A stretch of DNA of 64,000 nucleotides from NCBI GenBank assembly GCA_964482435.1, contig CAYZXL010000003.1, positions 69,472 to 133,471 on the forward strand, given 5' to 3'. Shown here piece by piece: positions 39,037-47,395 of the stretch. The translations under genes were made by a program, and so were the position numbers. Source of the DNA: an uncultured Verrucomicrobiota bacterium (GTDB lineage: Bacteria > Auribacterota > JABMQX01). The notes beneath the pieces were generated by a model, which was not told where the DNA came from, made no database searches, and was given only the letters and a program-made list of their open reading frames with translations. Position 1 is the first letter of the stretch. Each line of letters opens with the position of its first letter.

Positions 39037-39484
39037 CGGAGTACCACGCATAGAGGGGCGTGGACAATTTTGAACGGCGCCCGCAGATTCATCGGGAGCA
39101 AGCTCCGAGAACCGCCCGCAGACTCCGATAATTCAAGACCTTTGCCCACGAAAAGCGGACGTTGGTAGCGCCGCCCGCGCCACATCGGTAGAAGCCTACC
39201 TGCCAGACCGGCAGAATAACGCTCAAACGACCTCGCATATCGCAAACGACTGAGTGCTGGTCTCTTTCACCGCCGCCTCGCGTGCAGTTTGACGCTCACG
39301 GAGCAGCGGCCGAGCCTCGAGGGGGCTGCCCTGCGTCTTTTTCCCCAAGAGACGCCCCTGCACGGCACAAGGCTTGCTTTACAAAAAGCGTCAGTCTCAT
39401 TCGCCCTCTCGCTACGGAGACGGCCCGCCAGGACAAACCGAACGCGGACCAAGAGCACGACAATCTAAGGAGGTTCTGGACCAA

Positions 39485-40456
39485 ATGGAACGTTTGGAAC
39501 GGCAGGAGGGAAACCGAGTCACGAAAGGGATTATCTTCGCGGCAGATGGCGCGGAAGAGCTGCATCCGGCAACACAGGTCCTGGCAAAGGGGCTGATGCC
39601 GGTGTATGACAAGCCAATGGTTTACTATCCCCTTTCGACTCTGATGCTCGCCGGGATCAAGGACATTCTCATCGTTTGCGAACCTCGAAGCCTGATGAGT
39701 TTCATGGAGCTGCTCGGGAATGGTTCTCGCCTGGGAATCAGCATATCCTACGCGGAGCAATCCAGGGACAAAGGCCCCGGCGACGTTTTTCTGGCTGCCG
39801 AACGCTTTATCGGCGAAGACCCGGTGTGCCTCATCCTCGCAGACAGCATTTTCTGCGGCAACCTGAGCTCTCTTCGCGACGCCCTTCAGGTCGAGGAAGG
39901 AGCGACAATCTTCGCCGCCGACGCTAAGGCAAACGAGGGACACGCGGTTGTAGAATTCGATGGCAATGGAAAGGCGATAAGCCTGCACGAAGGCCCCGGC
40001 AGAAAGCAGACCGGCTGGGCCGTCCCGGGACTGTACATGTACGACAACAGGGTCCTCGAGATCGCCGAGCTTTTGGCGCGTATGACCGACGAGCACATGA
40101 GTGTTATGGACGTGAACCGACAATATCTGCTCCGGGGCCGCTTGAAGGTTCGCAAGCTCCCGCGGGATATCGCATGGCTGGAGGCGGGCACCGAGACGGC
40201 GCTTCTGGAAGCAGCGAATTTCGTCGCCAAGTGGGAAAAGCGAACGGGTGTCAAGACGGGATGCATCGAGGAGGCTGCCTTTCAGAGCGGATACATCGCC
40301 GGCGAAAGGCTGGAGATTCTGATTCGCGAGCTTCCGGAAAGCAGTTACCGGGATTATCTTGTCCGTGCAACGGGGAAGGTCCTGCAAGACAGGCGCAAAG
40401 GGGCGGGGAAATCCATCCTTGAATCTTCGGTAGCAGTCACAGGCGGGGCGAGGTGA
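39485..40456 (+). CDS. glucose-1-phosphate thymidylyltransferase (RmlA) homolog with degenerate catalytic motifs
   Basis: Aligns along the whole RmlA length (PVYDKPMVYYPLSTLMLAGI, YAEQ, AVVEFD, WAVPGLY, WLEAGT). The GGxGTRL nucleotide loop is replaced by ADGAEEL and EEKP by HEGP. AAGGAGG RBS 11 nt upstream of the ATG. Confidence 0.65.
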   Translation: MERLERQEGNRVTKGIIFAADGAEELHPATQVLAKGLMPVYDKPMVYYPLSTLMLAGIKDILIVCEPRSLMSFMELLGNGSRLGISISYAEQSRDKGPGDVFLAAERFIGEDPVCLILADSIFCGNLSSLRDALQVEEGATIFAADAKANEGHAVVEFDGNGKAISLHEGPGRKQTGWAVPGLYMYDNRVLEIAELLARMTDEHMSVMDVNRQYLLRGRLKVRKLPRDIAWLEAGTETALLEAANFVAKWEKRTGVKTGCIEEAAFQSGYIAGERLEILIRELPESSYRDYLVRATGKVLQDRRKGAGKSILESSVAVTGGAR

Positions 40457-40498
40457 TTTTGACAACGACTGCTTGAAAGCGGACGGGCTGATCATCGG

Positions 40499-40867
40499 CT
40501 ACGGCAGGACGTGTCCTTTTTCTCCGGCGAGGCTGCATACCGGGTCTTCGCCAACGGCGCCGTACGTGTAGGTCCCACCCGCGGGACATGATGGAGCACC
40601 AGCCTTCAAGAGAGAATTCACCTCGTCCACGTCAACCTCCTCTCCCTGCGCTTTGTGATTCATCAAAGCCCACTGCTCTTTGGCCCCCTCGATGATCCTG
40701 AGGTTATCAATGCAGAGGTTCTTCTGGGCGTCGGCTCGGGCTTTGATGAAAGTCGGGATTGCCAGGGTGGCAAGCAGGCCGATCACGAGGACCACGATCA
40801 TAATCTCAACGAGCGTGAAGCCGCGATTCGACTGCACTCCTCCATCTCCTTGTCGAGTGGATGTCAC
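40499..40867 (-). CDS. prepilin-type N-terminal cleavage/methylation domain protein (pilin/pseudopilin-like), paralog 2
   Basis: Class III signal ...NRG|FTLVEIMIVVLVIGLLA with Glu+5. C-terminal CPAGGTYTYGAVGEDPVCS disulfide pair. Confidence 0.7.
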   Translation of the reverse strand: MTSTRQGDGGVQSNRGFTLVEIMIVVLVIGLLATLAIPTFIKARADAQKNLCIDNLRIIEGAKEQWALMNHKAQGEEVDVDEVNSLLKAGAPSCPAGGTYTYGAVGEDPVCSLAGEKGHVLP

Positions 40868-41000
40868 GGATTCCCCCCATCAGTGCGGATGCTCACTGCC
40901 TTCACTCGTCTCTGCCAGTGCACCGGGCAACGCCACAGCAAGGGGGATGAGACGCAGCTCCCATCCCCCTTCAGGGCACCACTGGCGCGGAACAATTTCG

Positions 41001-41330
41001 TTACGGCAATACGTGCAGCGCGACGCTGCAAGTCGGGTCGGCGCTCACAGCTCCGTATGTGTACGTCCCGCTGGCAGGGCAGTCCGGAGTGCCGCCCTTG
41101 ATATAGGCGTCGACTTCTGCCTGGACGATGGCATCCCCGGTGACCTTCTTGTTGGCCAGCGCCCACTGTTCCTTTGCCGCGTCAATCTGCCTGAGGTTGT
41201 TGATGCAGGCATTCTTCTGGGATTCCGTTCTTGCCTTGATAAAGCTCGGAATCGCGATTGCGGCCAGGAGACCGATGATTGCCACGACAATCATGATCTC
41301 GACGAGCGTGAACCCTTTTCGTCCTCTCAT
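41001..41330 (-). CDS. prepilin-type N-terminal cleavage/methylation domain protein (pilin/pseudopilin-like), paralog 1
   Basis: MRGRKG|FTLVEIMIVVAIIGLLAAIAIP. About 60% identical to paralog 2. C-terminal CPASGTYTYGAVSADPTCS. Confidence 0.75.
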   Translation of the reverse strand: MRGRKGFTLVEIMIVVAIIGLLAAIAIPSFIKARTESQKNACINNLRQIDAAKEQWALANKKVTGDAIVQAEVDAYIKGGTPDCPASGTYTYGAVSADPTCSVALHVLP

Positions 41331-41414
41331 CCTCTGTCCCTCCTTTTTGTGTTAGTTTTCCCGGCGGTAAGGTTTTGTACGTATTCCAGACCGCTCTTTG
41401 CGTAGGGAGGGAGT

Positions 41415-41429
41415 ACAACTTCTGTGCCA
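41415..41429 (-). promoter_or_regulatory. sigma54-like promoter (-24/-12) candidate upstream of pilin paralog 1
   Basis: Minus strand reads TGGCAC-agaag-TTGT. GG at -24 and correct spacing, but the -12 is GT instead of GC. About 85 bp upstream of the ATG. A sigma54 activator gene lies immediately upstream. Confidence 0.3.
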
Positions 41430-41667
41430 GGTGTAGGCTTCATGCTTCTTCTTCGTAACTCGCTCTTGCCGGGGTGCTTAGGTCCTGCCACGCGCTTATA
41501 CCCAACCGACCCTCTTTCTCATCGTTGAAAAAGAAGAGCCATTGGCTTTCTCAGAACTAATATGGGGCAACTCGTCTCCGAGCGGGCCAAGTCCACCCTG
41601 GTAACGCGTGTGGCTACGGCTCACTGGTGAGCCCAGGGCTGTTGTCTTGGCGCCAGGCCGGAAGTAA

Positions 41668-41786
41668 CGCCGCCGTGCCGGCGGCAGTCGTGAGGGCGTC
41701 CCGCCCTCACATTAGAACCACCGCCTTTCATCCCGCCCAAATCGAACCGTGGGCAAGATGCCCCCGAGACAGCCGGCAAGATGCCG
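41668..41786. repeat. double-hairpin intergenic repeat, copy C (covarying stem)
   Basis: GTGAGGGCG-TCC-CGCCCTCAC (41689-41709), then GGGCA-AGA-TGCCC (41750-41762) and CCGGCA-AGA-TGCCGG (41772-41786). Same loop and inner stem as copies A/B, with compensatory outer-stem changes. Confidence 0.55.
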
Positions 41787-42028
41787 GCGTTACAGAGAGA
41801 CGCTCCCCACTGGACCTTGTCCCAGCACTCCCCGTCACGAGCAAATCCCCGCAACATCTCCCACTCAAACTTAGCCGCAGCCCTGGTAACGCCACTCGAC
41901 GGAGGCGACACCTCGCAGCGCAAAGAGGCAGAAAATCGCGGCGGGGGCGATTTGATGATGGAGATGCCCCTTGGGCAGGGCGTGTTTCGGTTCTCCCTGT
42001 AGGAGCGGAGGAAAATGCCGTCAGCGGG

Positions 42029-43378
42029 TCAGAATTCACGAATGTCGAGGCCACTTAGCTTTCGGTAGAGAGAAGGGATGCTGATCCCGAGAATCAGAGC
42101 GGCTTTCTTCTTGTCGCCCTCAGTCTCCCTCAAGACATTCTGAATGTGTACGCGCTCGGAATCTCGCACAACGCTTCTCAAGCTGTGATCGCCGCGTCGT
42201 GTCGTGGCACAGTGCTCGATAAGTCTGGGGGGGAGGTCCTCCGGGTTGATGAGCTCGCTTTCGCATAGAGTAGCGGCTCTCTCTAAGACGTTCTCCAGTT
42301 CTCTGATGTTGCCGGGCCAATCGTACGCCATGAGGAGGTCCAGGGCTTCGGGGCTAACCTTCTTGTCGCCGTTTGCCCGCCTGTTCTGCTGGTTCAGAAA
42401 GTGCCTCACAAGGAGAGGAATGTCCTCTTTCTTTTCCCGAAGAGGTGCGATCTCCACAGGTATCACACTCAGGCGATAGAACAAATCCTCCCTGAACGTC
42501 CCGTTCTTCACGCGTGGGGCGAGTTCCTCATTTGTGGCGGCGATGACCCTGACGTCAATCTTTTTCTGCCTGGTATCCCCCACCCTCTTGATTTCCTTCT
42601 CTTGGAGAACCCTGAGGAGCTTGCTTTGCATCGCGGGGCTCATTGAGCCGATTTCGTCGAGGAAAATCGTCCCCCTGTCAGCGGCGACGAAGACTCCCTC
42701 CTTGTCCGCGTAAGCCCCCGTAAAGGCGCCCTTGGCGTGGCCGAAAAGCTCCGATTCTAAGAGTGTCTCGGGAAGGGCAGCACAGTTGATTGGCTCGAAG
42801 CGTTTGTCCCTCCGCTTGCTGTTGTAATGAATTGCCCGGGCGACGAGTTCCTTGCCGGTGCCGCTTTCGCCGTAGATAAGGATGGTGCTTTCCGTGGGAG
42901 CGACCTTGCGGATGATGGCAAAGAGGTCCTGCATCTGCCTGCTTGTGCCGATGAGCTGATGAAAGCTGTACCTCTCCTGGACCTCCTGCTTGAGTCTGCG
43001 GTTTTCCTGGATGATGGACCTCTGCTCCAGCCCTCGCTGGACGAGGAGGCGCAATTCGTCCATCTTGAAAGGCTTGATCACGTATTCGTAGGCGCCCTTC
43101 TTCATTGCCTCGATTGCGGTCTGAACCGAGGCATAAGCGGTCATCATGATGACGACGATGTCCGAGTCAATCTTCTTAATCTGTTCCAGGACCGCAATGC
43201 CGTCCAGGGGAATCATCTTGATGTCGGCGATTGCCAGGTCAACGCTGTCGGTCCGGATGACGTCGAGTGCCTCCTCGCCGGACAAGGCCGTCAGGACGTC
43301 GTACCCCTCCCTCTTCAACATTATGGAGAGGACGTCGAGAATGCTTTGCTGGTCATCTACGATAAGTATTTTTGCCAT
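42029..43378 (-). CDS. sigma54-dependent response regulator (NtrC/PilR family)
   Basis: Receiver domain (start MAKILIVDDQQSILDVL, D at DLAIADIKM). AAA+ sigma54-interaction domain (GESGTGKELVARAIH, GAFTGA motif, ESELFGH). C-terminal Fis-type HTH. Confidence 0.85.
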   Translation of the reverse strand: MAKILIVDDQQSILDVLSIMLKREGYDVLTALSGEEALDVIRTDSVDLAIADIKMIPLDGIAVLEQIKKIDSDIVVIMMTAYASVQTAIEAMKKGAYEYVIKPFKMDELRLLVQRGLEQRSIIQENRRLKQEVQERYSFHQLIGTSRQMQDLFAIIRKVAPTESTILIYGESGTGKELVARAIHYNSKRRDKRFEPINCAALPETLLESELFGHAKGAFTGAYADKEGVFVAADRGTIFLDEIGSMSPAMQSKLLRVLQEKEIKRVGDTRQKKIDVRVIAATNEELAPRVKNGTFREDLFYRLSVIPVEIAPLREKKEDIPLLVRHFLNQQNRRANGDKKVSPEALDLLMAYDWPGNIRELENVLERAATLCESELINPEDLPPRLIEHCATTRRGDHSLRSVVRDSERVHIQNVLRETEGDKKKAALILGISIPSLYRKLSGLDIREF

Positions 43379-43483
43379 TTCGATAACGCTCCGAGTGAAC
43401 CCACGCGCGGCCGCGCGCTGGACGAGGCGGTCGCAATCATCACCAAATTGCCGCAATTGCGACAGTGAACCTGCATTTGCTTT

Positions 43484-44107
43484 TCAACCCGTACGAGCAA
43501 CGTCGGTTGGCCTCAGTGGTGGAGGCTGCAATGTCGCGTGTTGCCTCCTTCCCGGAATGAGCCGTTCCGAGAGAACCTCCCATTTCTTCGTGTTGAATTC
43601 CGACTCCGAGAGAACGCCCTGCTTCCTCAGCGCATCGAGGCCTTGTAGAAGCTCCAGCGCAGACGCCACCTTGTCTGGGGGCGCCCCCAGGAACAGAGTC
43701 TTCCCGCGTTCAAATTCCTCGGCCGTAACAACGCCCGCCAGGAACAGCCGTCCCAGCCTTTCGATTTCCTGGGCTACGCTCTTCCCGTTTAGAGGAATCG
43801 GGTTAGTGACCTCGACTTTCGCGACGCTATCCTGCCCAATGGTGGCTCGGGCGCAGGCCGCGTTGATGTCGTTCATCAAGGCGACCTCATCGAAAGTCGT
43901 ACGGCCTTTGGAGTTCCTCATTAGCTTGGAGTAGCGACGTCCCAATTCGAGTGTTCTCTCTCGGAGGTCAGGGTTGTTTGGGTCCCGCTTGAGGTTCCCG
44001 AGCGACTCTTGGTATGCCTTTTTTGCCCGGGCCCTTCTGCCGCTCTGCACCGCAAGCGCGACTAGCACCAGCACCATGAAAAACAAAACGCCAGCCACCG
44101 CGTCCAT
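43484..44107 (-). CDS. membrane-anchored protein with two SHOCT-like motifs
   Basis: N-terminal TM (VLFFMVLVLVALAV). Repeats VVTAEEFERGKTLFL and VLSESEFNTKKWEVL resembling the SHOCT short C-terminal domain. Confidence 0.4.
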   Translation of the reverse strand: MDAVAGVLFFMVLVLVALAVQSGRRARAKKAYQESLGNLKRDPNNPDLRERTLELGRRYSKLMRNSKGRTTFDEVALMNDINAACARATIGQDSVAKVEVTNPIPLNGKSVAQEIERLGRLFLAGVVTAEEFERGKTLFLGAPPDKVASALELLQGLDALRKQGVLSESEFNTKKWEVLSERLIPGRRQHATLQPPPLRPTDVARTG

Positions 44108-44213
44108 GTTCTCACCTCCTAACCGCCGAGGCTGAACCCTCTCTCGGCAACACCGGGTTCGCGAGTTCGTTTTTTCGGGAACTGCGGCACTCGGGCGCCC
44201 CGCTGTCGGTGCC

Positions 44214-45980
44214 TTATGGCTGCCGCCGGGCGAGCGTCTCCTGTGCCGGGATGTCCGCTCGGATCACATCCGAACGAGTCTCTTGCCGCACCGCATCGGC
44301 GGAATGGCTCGTCAGGGAGCCCGGGGCTTTGCCTGCTCCCTGCCCCTTCGGAATCACAAGCGCCACCGTGGTCCCTTTCCCTTCCTCGCTGGTGATTTCT
44401 ATCCGTCCGTTGTGCTCTCTGACGATTTTCTCCGCTATGCACAAGCCGATTCCCACGCCTTCTTTCTTTGTCGTGAAAAACGGCTCAAAAACCTTGCTGA
44501 GGGTTTGTGGCGACATGCCGCGGCCGGTATCCGCGACGGTTACAATATAGGAGTCAGTGTCGGCCGGGGAACTCTCCAACTTTATGTAAATAGTGCCGTT
44601 TCCCTCCATCGCCTCCACAGCATTTGAAAGCAAGTTAAGGAAAACCTGCCCCATCTGACATCTATCCGCGGAAACAATCGGTGGCTCCTCCGGCGTGACT
44701 AACTCGACCCGAACGTCTGCCGGCAGCTTCCCTCCCCGCCCGAGCATTTCTATTGATTCCCTGATTATCTCACGAAGATTTTCCTTTTTCATGTCGAGGT
44801 TCCCTTTCCGGGCATAGGCGAGGAAATCTTCGATGATTCTGTTCAAACGAGCCGATTCCCTCAGGACAACCGATAGAAGCTCCTTATTGCTTTCCGACAA
44901 GCCCGGCGACTCCGCGAGCATTTCAATTGACCCGCCGATGGAAGTCAGCGGGTTTCTTATCTCATGTGCTATCCCCGCCGCCAGTTCCCCCGCTGTTCGG
45001 AACTTATCAATCGCCCGAAGCCGCTTTTCCAGCTCCTTGACCTCCGTCAGGTCCGAGAAAACCATCACCTTACCCACAGGCTTGCCCGACCGGTCAAGAA
45101 TCGTCGAAAGATTGAAGCCGACAGGGATCTCCTTCCCCTCAGCGTTGCGAGCCAGGAGCTCTCGCTCGCGAATCCCGGCATCTCCCTTGCGTTCCCGCGG
45201 GTTGTCCAGAGCCTCCTTGAGAGCCCCCATTTGACCGTCCGCGAAGAACTCCATTAGGTTTCGATTATACATCATCTTCGAAGGAACGCCCAGGATTTTT
45301 TCTGCGGCGCGGTTGGCATAGACGATGGCGCTGGAGGTATCCGTCGTGATTAAGCCGCTGTTCATGCTGGAGACAACGTGCTCGTGGAGATTCCTCAACT
45401 CTCTCAGTTCCTCCTTCTCTTTTCTAAGAAGGTTAGCGAGGTATCCGCATAAATAACCAACCATGCAGAAAATGATCGCACGGATGTAAAGGGAGTAAAA
45501 AATCTCCAGATCGCCGGCCCTCTCGCCCGGGGACAGGTGATACCGATGAAAGAGAACAAGGGCTGCGTACAACATGCTGCTCAGAAGAGCGATGGATATG
45601 GTCTGCCGACGATGAAAGAAAAGACTGGCTGTCGTAATTGGAATTATGTAGAGAAAGCCGAAGATGCTCTTCTCCCACCCCGAAAGAGCTACCAGCAGCG
45701 TCACAAGAAACACGTCGGCAAAAATCTGAACGTTTGCGAAGAGCTCGGGGTCGAAGCCCCACTCCAGAAGCAGAACGTAAATCAAAGTCAGCGAGAAAAG
45801 GGCACCGGTAAATAGGTACAGGGAAGGCGCGTAGGTGCGAAAGAACAGCGGCCCAAGGACGAAGACCGCAACCGTCACCAGAAGGCGCATAAGGAGCATC
45901 CGCCGGAGGTTGCCGTTCACCCCGGAGTCAGCCAGCGTGCCCGCGTGGGAGGTGGGGCCGGGTGCCCTTGTTGACTTCAT
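44214..45980 (-). CDS. sensor histidine kinase, PilS-like (multi-TM N-terminus, PAS, HisKA, HATPase_c)
   Basis: About six N-terminal TM helices. PAS (IVYANRAAEKILG). H-box ELAAGIAHEIRNPLTSI. N, G1 and G2 boxes (LLSNAVEAM, DTGRGM, GVGIGL). Start uncertain (45980 or 45899; the ORF is open to 46055). Confidence 0.8.
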   Translation of the reverse strand: MKSTRAPGPTSHAGTLADSGVNGNLRRMLLMRLLVTVAVFVLGPLFFRTYAPSLYLFTGALFSLTLIYVLLLEWGFDPELFANVQIFADVFLVTLLVALSGWEKSIFGFLYIIPITTASLFFHRRQTISIALLSSMLYAALVLFHRYHLSPGERAGDLEIFYSLYIRAIIFCMVGYLCGYLANLLRKEKEELRELRNLHEHVVSSMNSGLITTDTSSAIVYANRAAEKILGVPSKMMYNRNLMEFFADGQMGALKEALDNPRERKGDAGIRERELLARNAEGKEIPVGFNLSTILDRSGKPVGKVMVFSDLTEVKELEKRLRAIDKFRTAGELAAGIAHEIRNPLTSIGGSIEMLAESPGLSESNKELLSVVLRESARLNRIIEDFLAYARKGNLDMKKENLREIIRESIEMLGRGGKLPADVRVELVTPEEPPIVSADRCQMGQVFLNLLSNAVEAMEGNGTIYIKLESSPADTDSYIVTVADTGRGMSPQTLSKVFEPFFTTKKEGVGIGLCIAEKIVREHNGRIEITSEEGKGTTVALVIPKGQGAGKAPGSLTSHSADAVRQETRSDVIRADIPAQETLARRQP

Positions 45981-46006
45981 TGCCGACACGTTCTTGTCCC
46001 CCGGTG

Positions 46007-47215
46007 CTACATATGGACGATGGTGGAAAGTCGGAATATCGGCAGGAACATGCATATCACAATCCCGCCGACGACAATCCCGAGAAAAGCAATGAGAAGA
46101 GGCTCGATCATGGAGGTCAGGCCGCTGACCGCCGCATCCACCTCGGAATCATAGAAGTCGGAAATCTTCGACAGCATCACTTCCAGTTTGCCGGTCTGCT
46201 CTCCGACGGCAATCATCTTGGTGACCATCGGGGGAAACACGTCGCTCGCGGCGAGAGGGCCGGCGATGTTCTCACCCTTCTTGATCTCTTCCATTGCTTG
46301 ATTAACAGCTCGCTCGACGAGCTTATTGCCCGCCGTCCTCGAGACGATGTCGAGGGCGCTGAGGATCGGCACGCCGCTTTTGACGAGAACCGAAAGCGTC
46401 CGGCTGAAACGCGACACAGCCACCTTTCTGAATATTGGGCCGAAGATCGGGAGGTTCACTTTGAATTTGTCAAGGCGCAACCTCCCGGACTCGGTTTTGA
46501 CGTATTTTCTCAAGGCAATGATCCCCACGATGAGGGCGCCGACGCAGAAGGGGAAGTAAGCCCGCATGAAGTTGCTCAGGTTCAAAAGCATCTGCGTGGG
46601 AGTCGGCAAAGCGGAGCCAAAGCTCTCGTAAATCTTACCGAAGACGGGGATGACCTTGATCAAAAGGACGGTGGTGATGATGACGGCCATGCAACTGACG
46701 ATCGCCGGATACATCATGGCGGACTTGACCTTTCGTTTCAGGGCCATGGTGGCTTCCATATAGCTTGCTATCCGGTCGAGAATTTCCGCCAGGGTGCCGC
46801 TGGCCTCTCCGGCCCGCACCATGTTGATGAACAACGAGGAGAAGACTTTCGGGTGAGCCGCCAGGGCATCGGAGAATGTCGCCCCTTCCTCGATGTTTTT
46901 GACTATGTCCTGAAGTACCACCTTCAGGGAAGGGCTTTCCGCTTGCTCGGCGAGAGTGTCGAGAGCCTGGACGAGAGGGAGCCCCGCGTCCACCATCGTC
47001 GCCAGTTGCCTGCTGAATACGACAATGTCTCCTCCCTTTACCTTCCGTTTCCCCTTTTTGATCCCGGTGCCCGAACGTACCTCTTCGGAGACCGAAAGGA
47101 TGATCAGACCCTTGTTCCTGAGAGCGGCGACGACCGCACGCTCGCTCTCCGCTTCCATTGTTGCCAAGATGTCGCGGCCACCTGTGTCTTTGGCAGAGTA
47201 CCTGAAAAGACTCAC
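46007..47215 (-). CDS. type II secretion / type IV pilus inner-membrane platform protein (GspF/PilC family)
   Basis: Two T2SSF repeats. 402 aa, three TM segments. Typical architecture. Confidence 0.85.
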   Translation of the reverse strand: MSLFRYSAKDTGGRDILATMEAESERAVVAALRNKGLIILSVSEEVRSGTGIKKGKRKVKGGDIVVFSRQLATMVDAGLPLVQALDTLAEQAESPSLKVVLQDIVKNIEEGATFSDALAAHPKVFSSLFINMVRAGEASGTLAEILDRIASYMEATMALKRKVKSAMMYPAIVSCMAVIITTVLLIKVIPVFGKIYESFGSALPTPTQMLLNLSNFMRAYFPFCVGALIVGIIALRKYVKTESGRLRLDKFKVNLPIFGPIFRKVAVSRFSRTLSVLVKSGVPILSALDIVSRTAGNKLVERAVNQAMEEIKKGENIAGPLAASDVFPPMVTKMIAVGEQTGKLEVMLSKISDFYDSEVDAAVSGLTSMIEPLLIAFLGIVVGGIVICMFLPIFRLSTIVHM

Positions 47216-47395
47216 GGCTGCATTCCTTTCACTTAGTCAAGAGGTTTACCACGCCCGAAGGTCCCGCCGAAGGCGGGACTAACTTGTCGCCCCGAGAACC
47301 ATCCTGGAAGTAAGTAGAGCAGTAGAGCAGGGGCAAGCCAGTTCCGGGTCTACTCTCTACTCTCCACTGTCTCCTGTCTTGCCCCTGGCGGGCCT

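Noticed and set aside
39050-39480. Possible ncRNA in the 450-bp gap before the RmlA-like gene
   Set aside because: No conserved hairpin family or promoter/terminator pair recognisable by eye. Left unannotated.
46962-47236. End of the 424-aa plus-strand ORF (45962-47236) and neighbours
   Set aside because: Antisense to the GspF/PilC and kinase genes.
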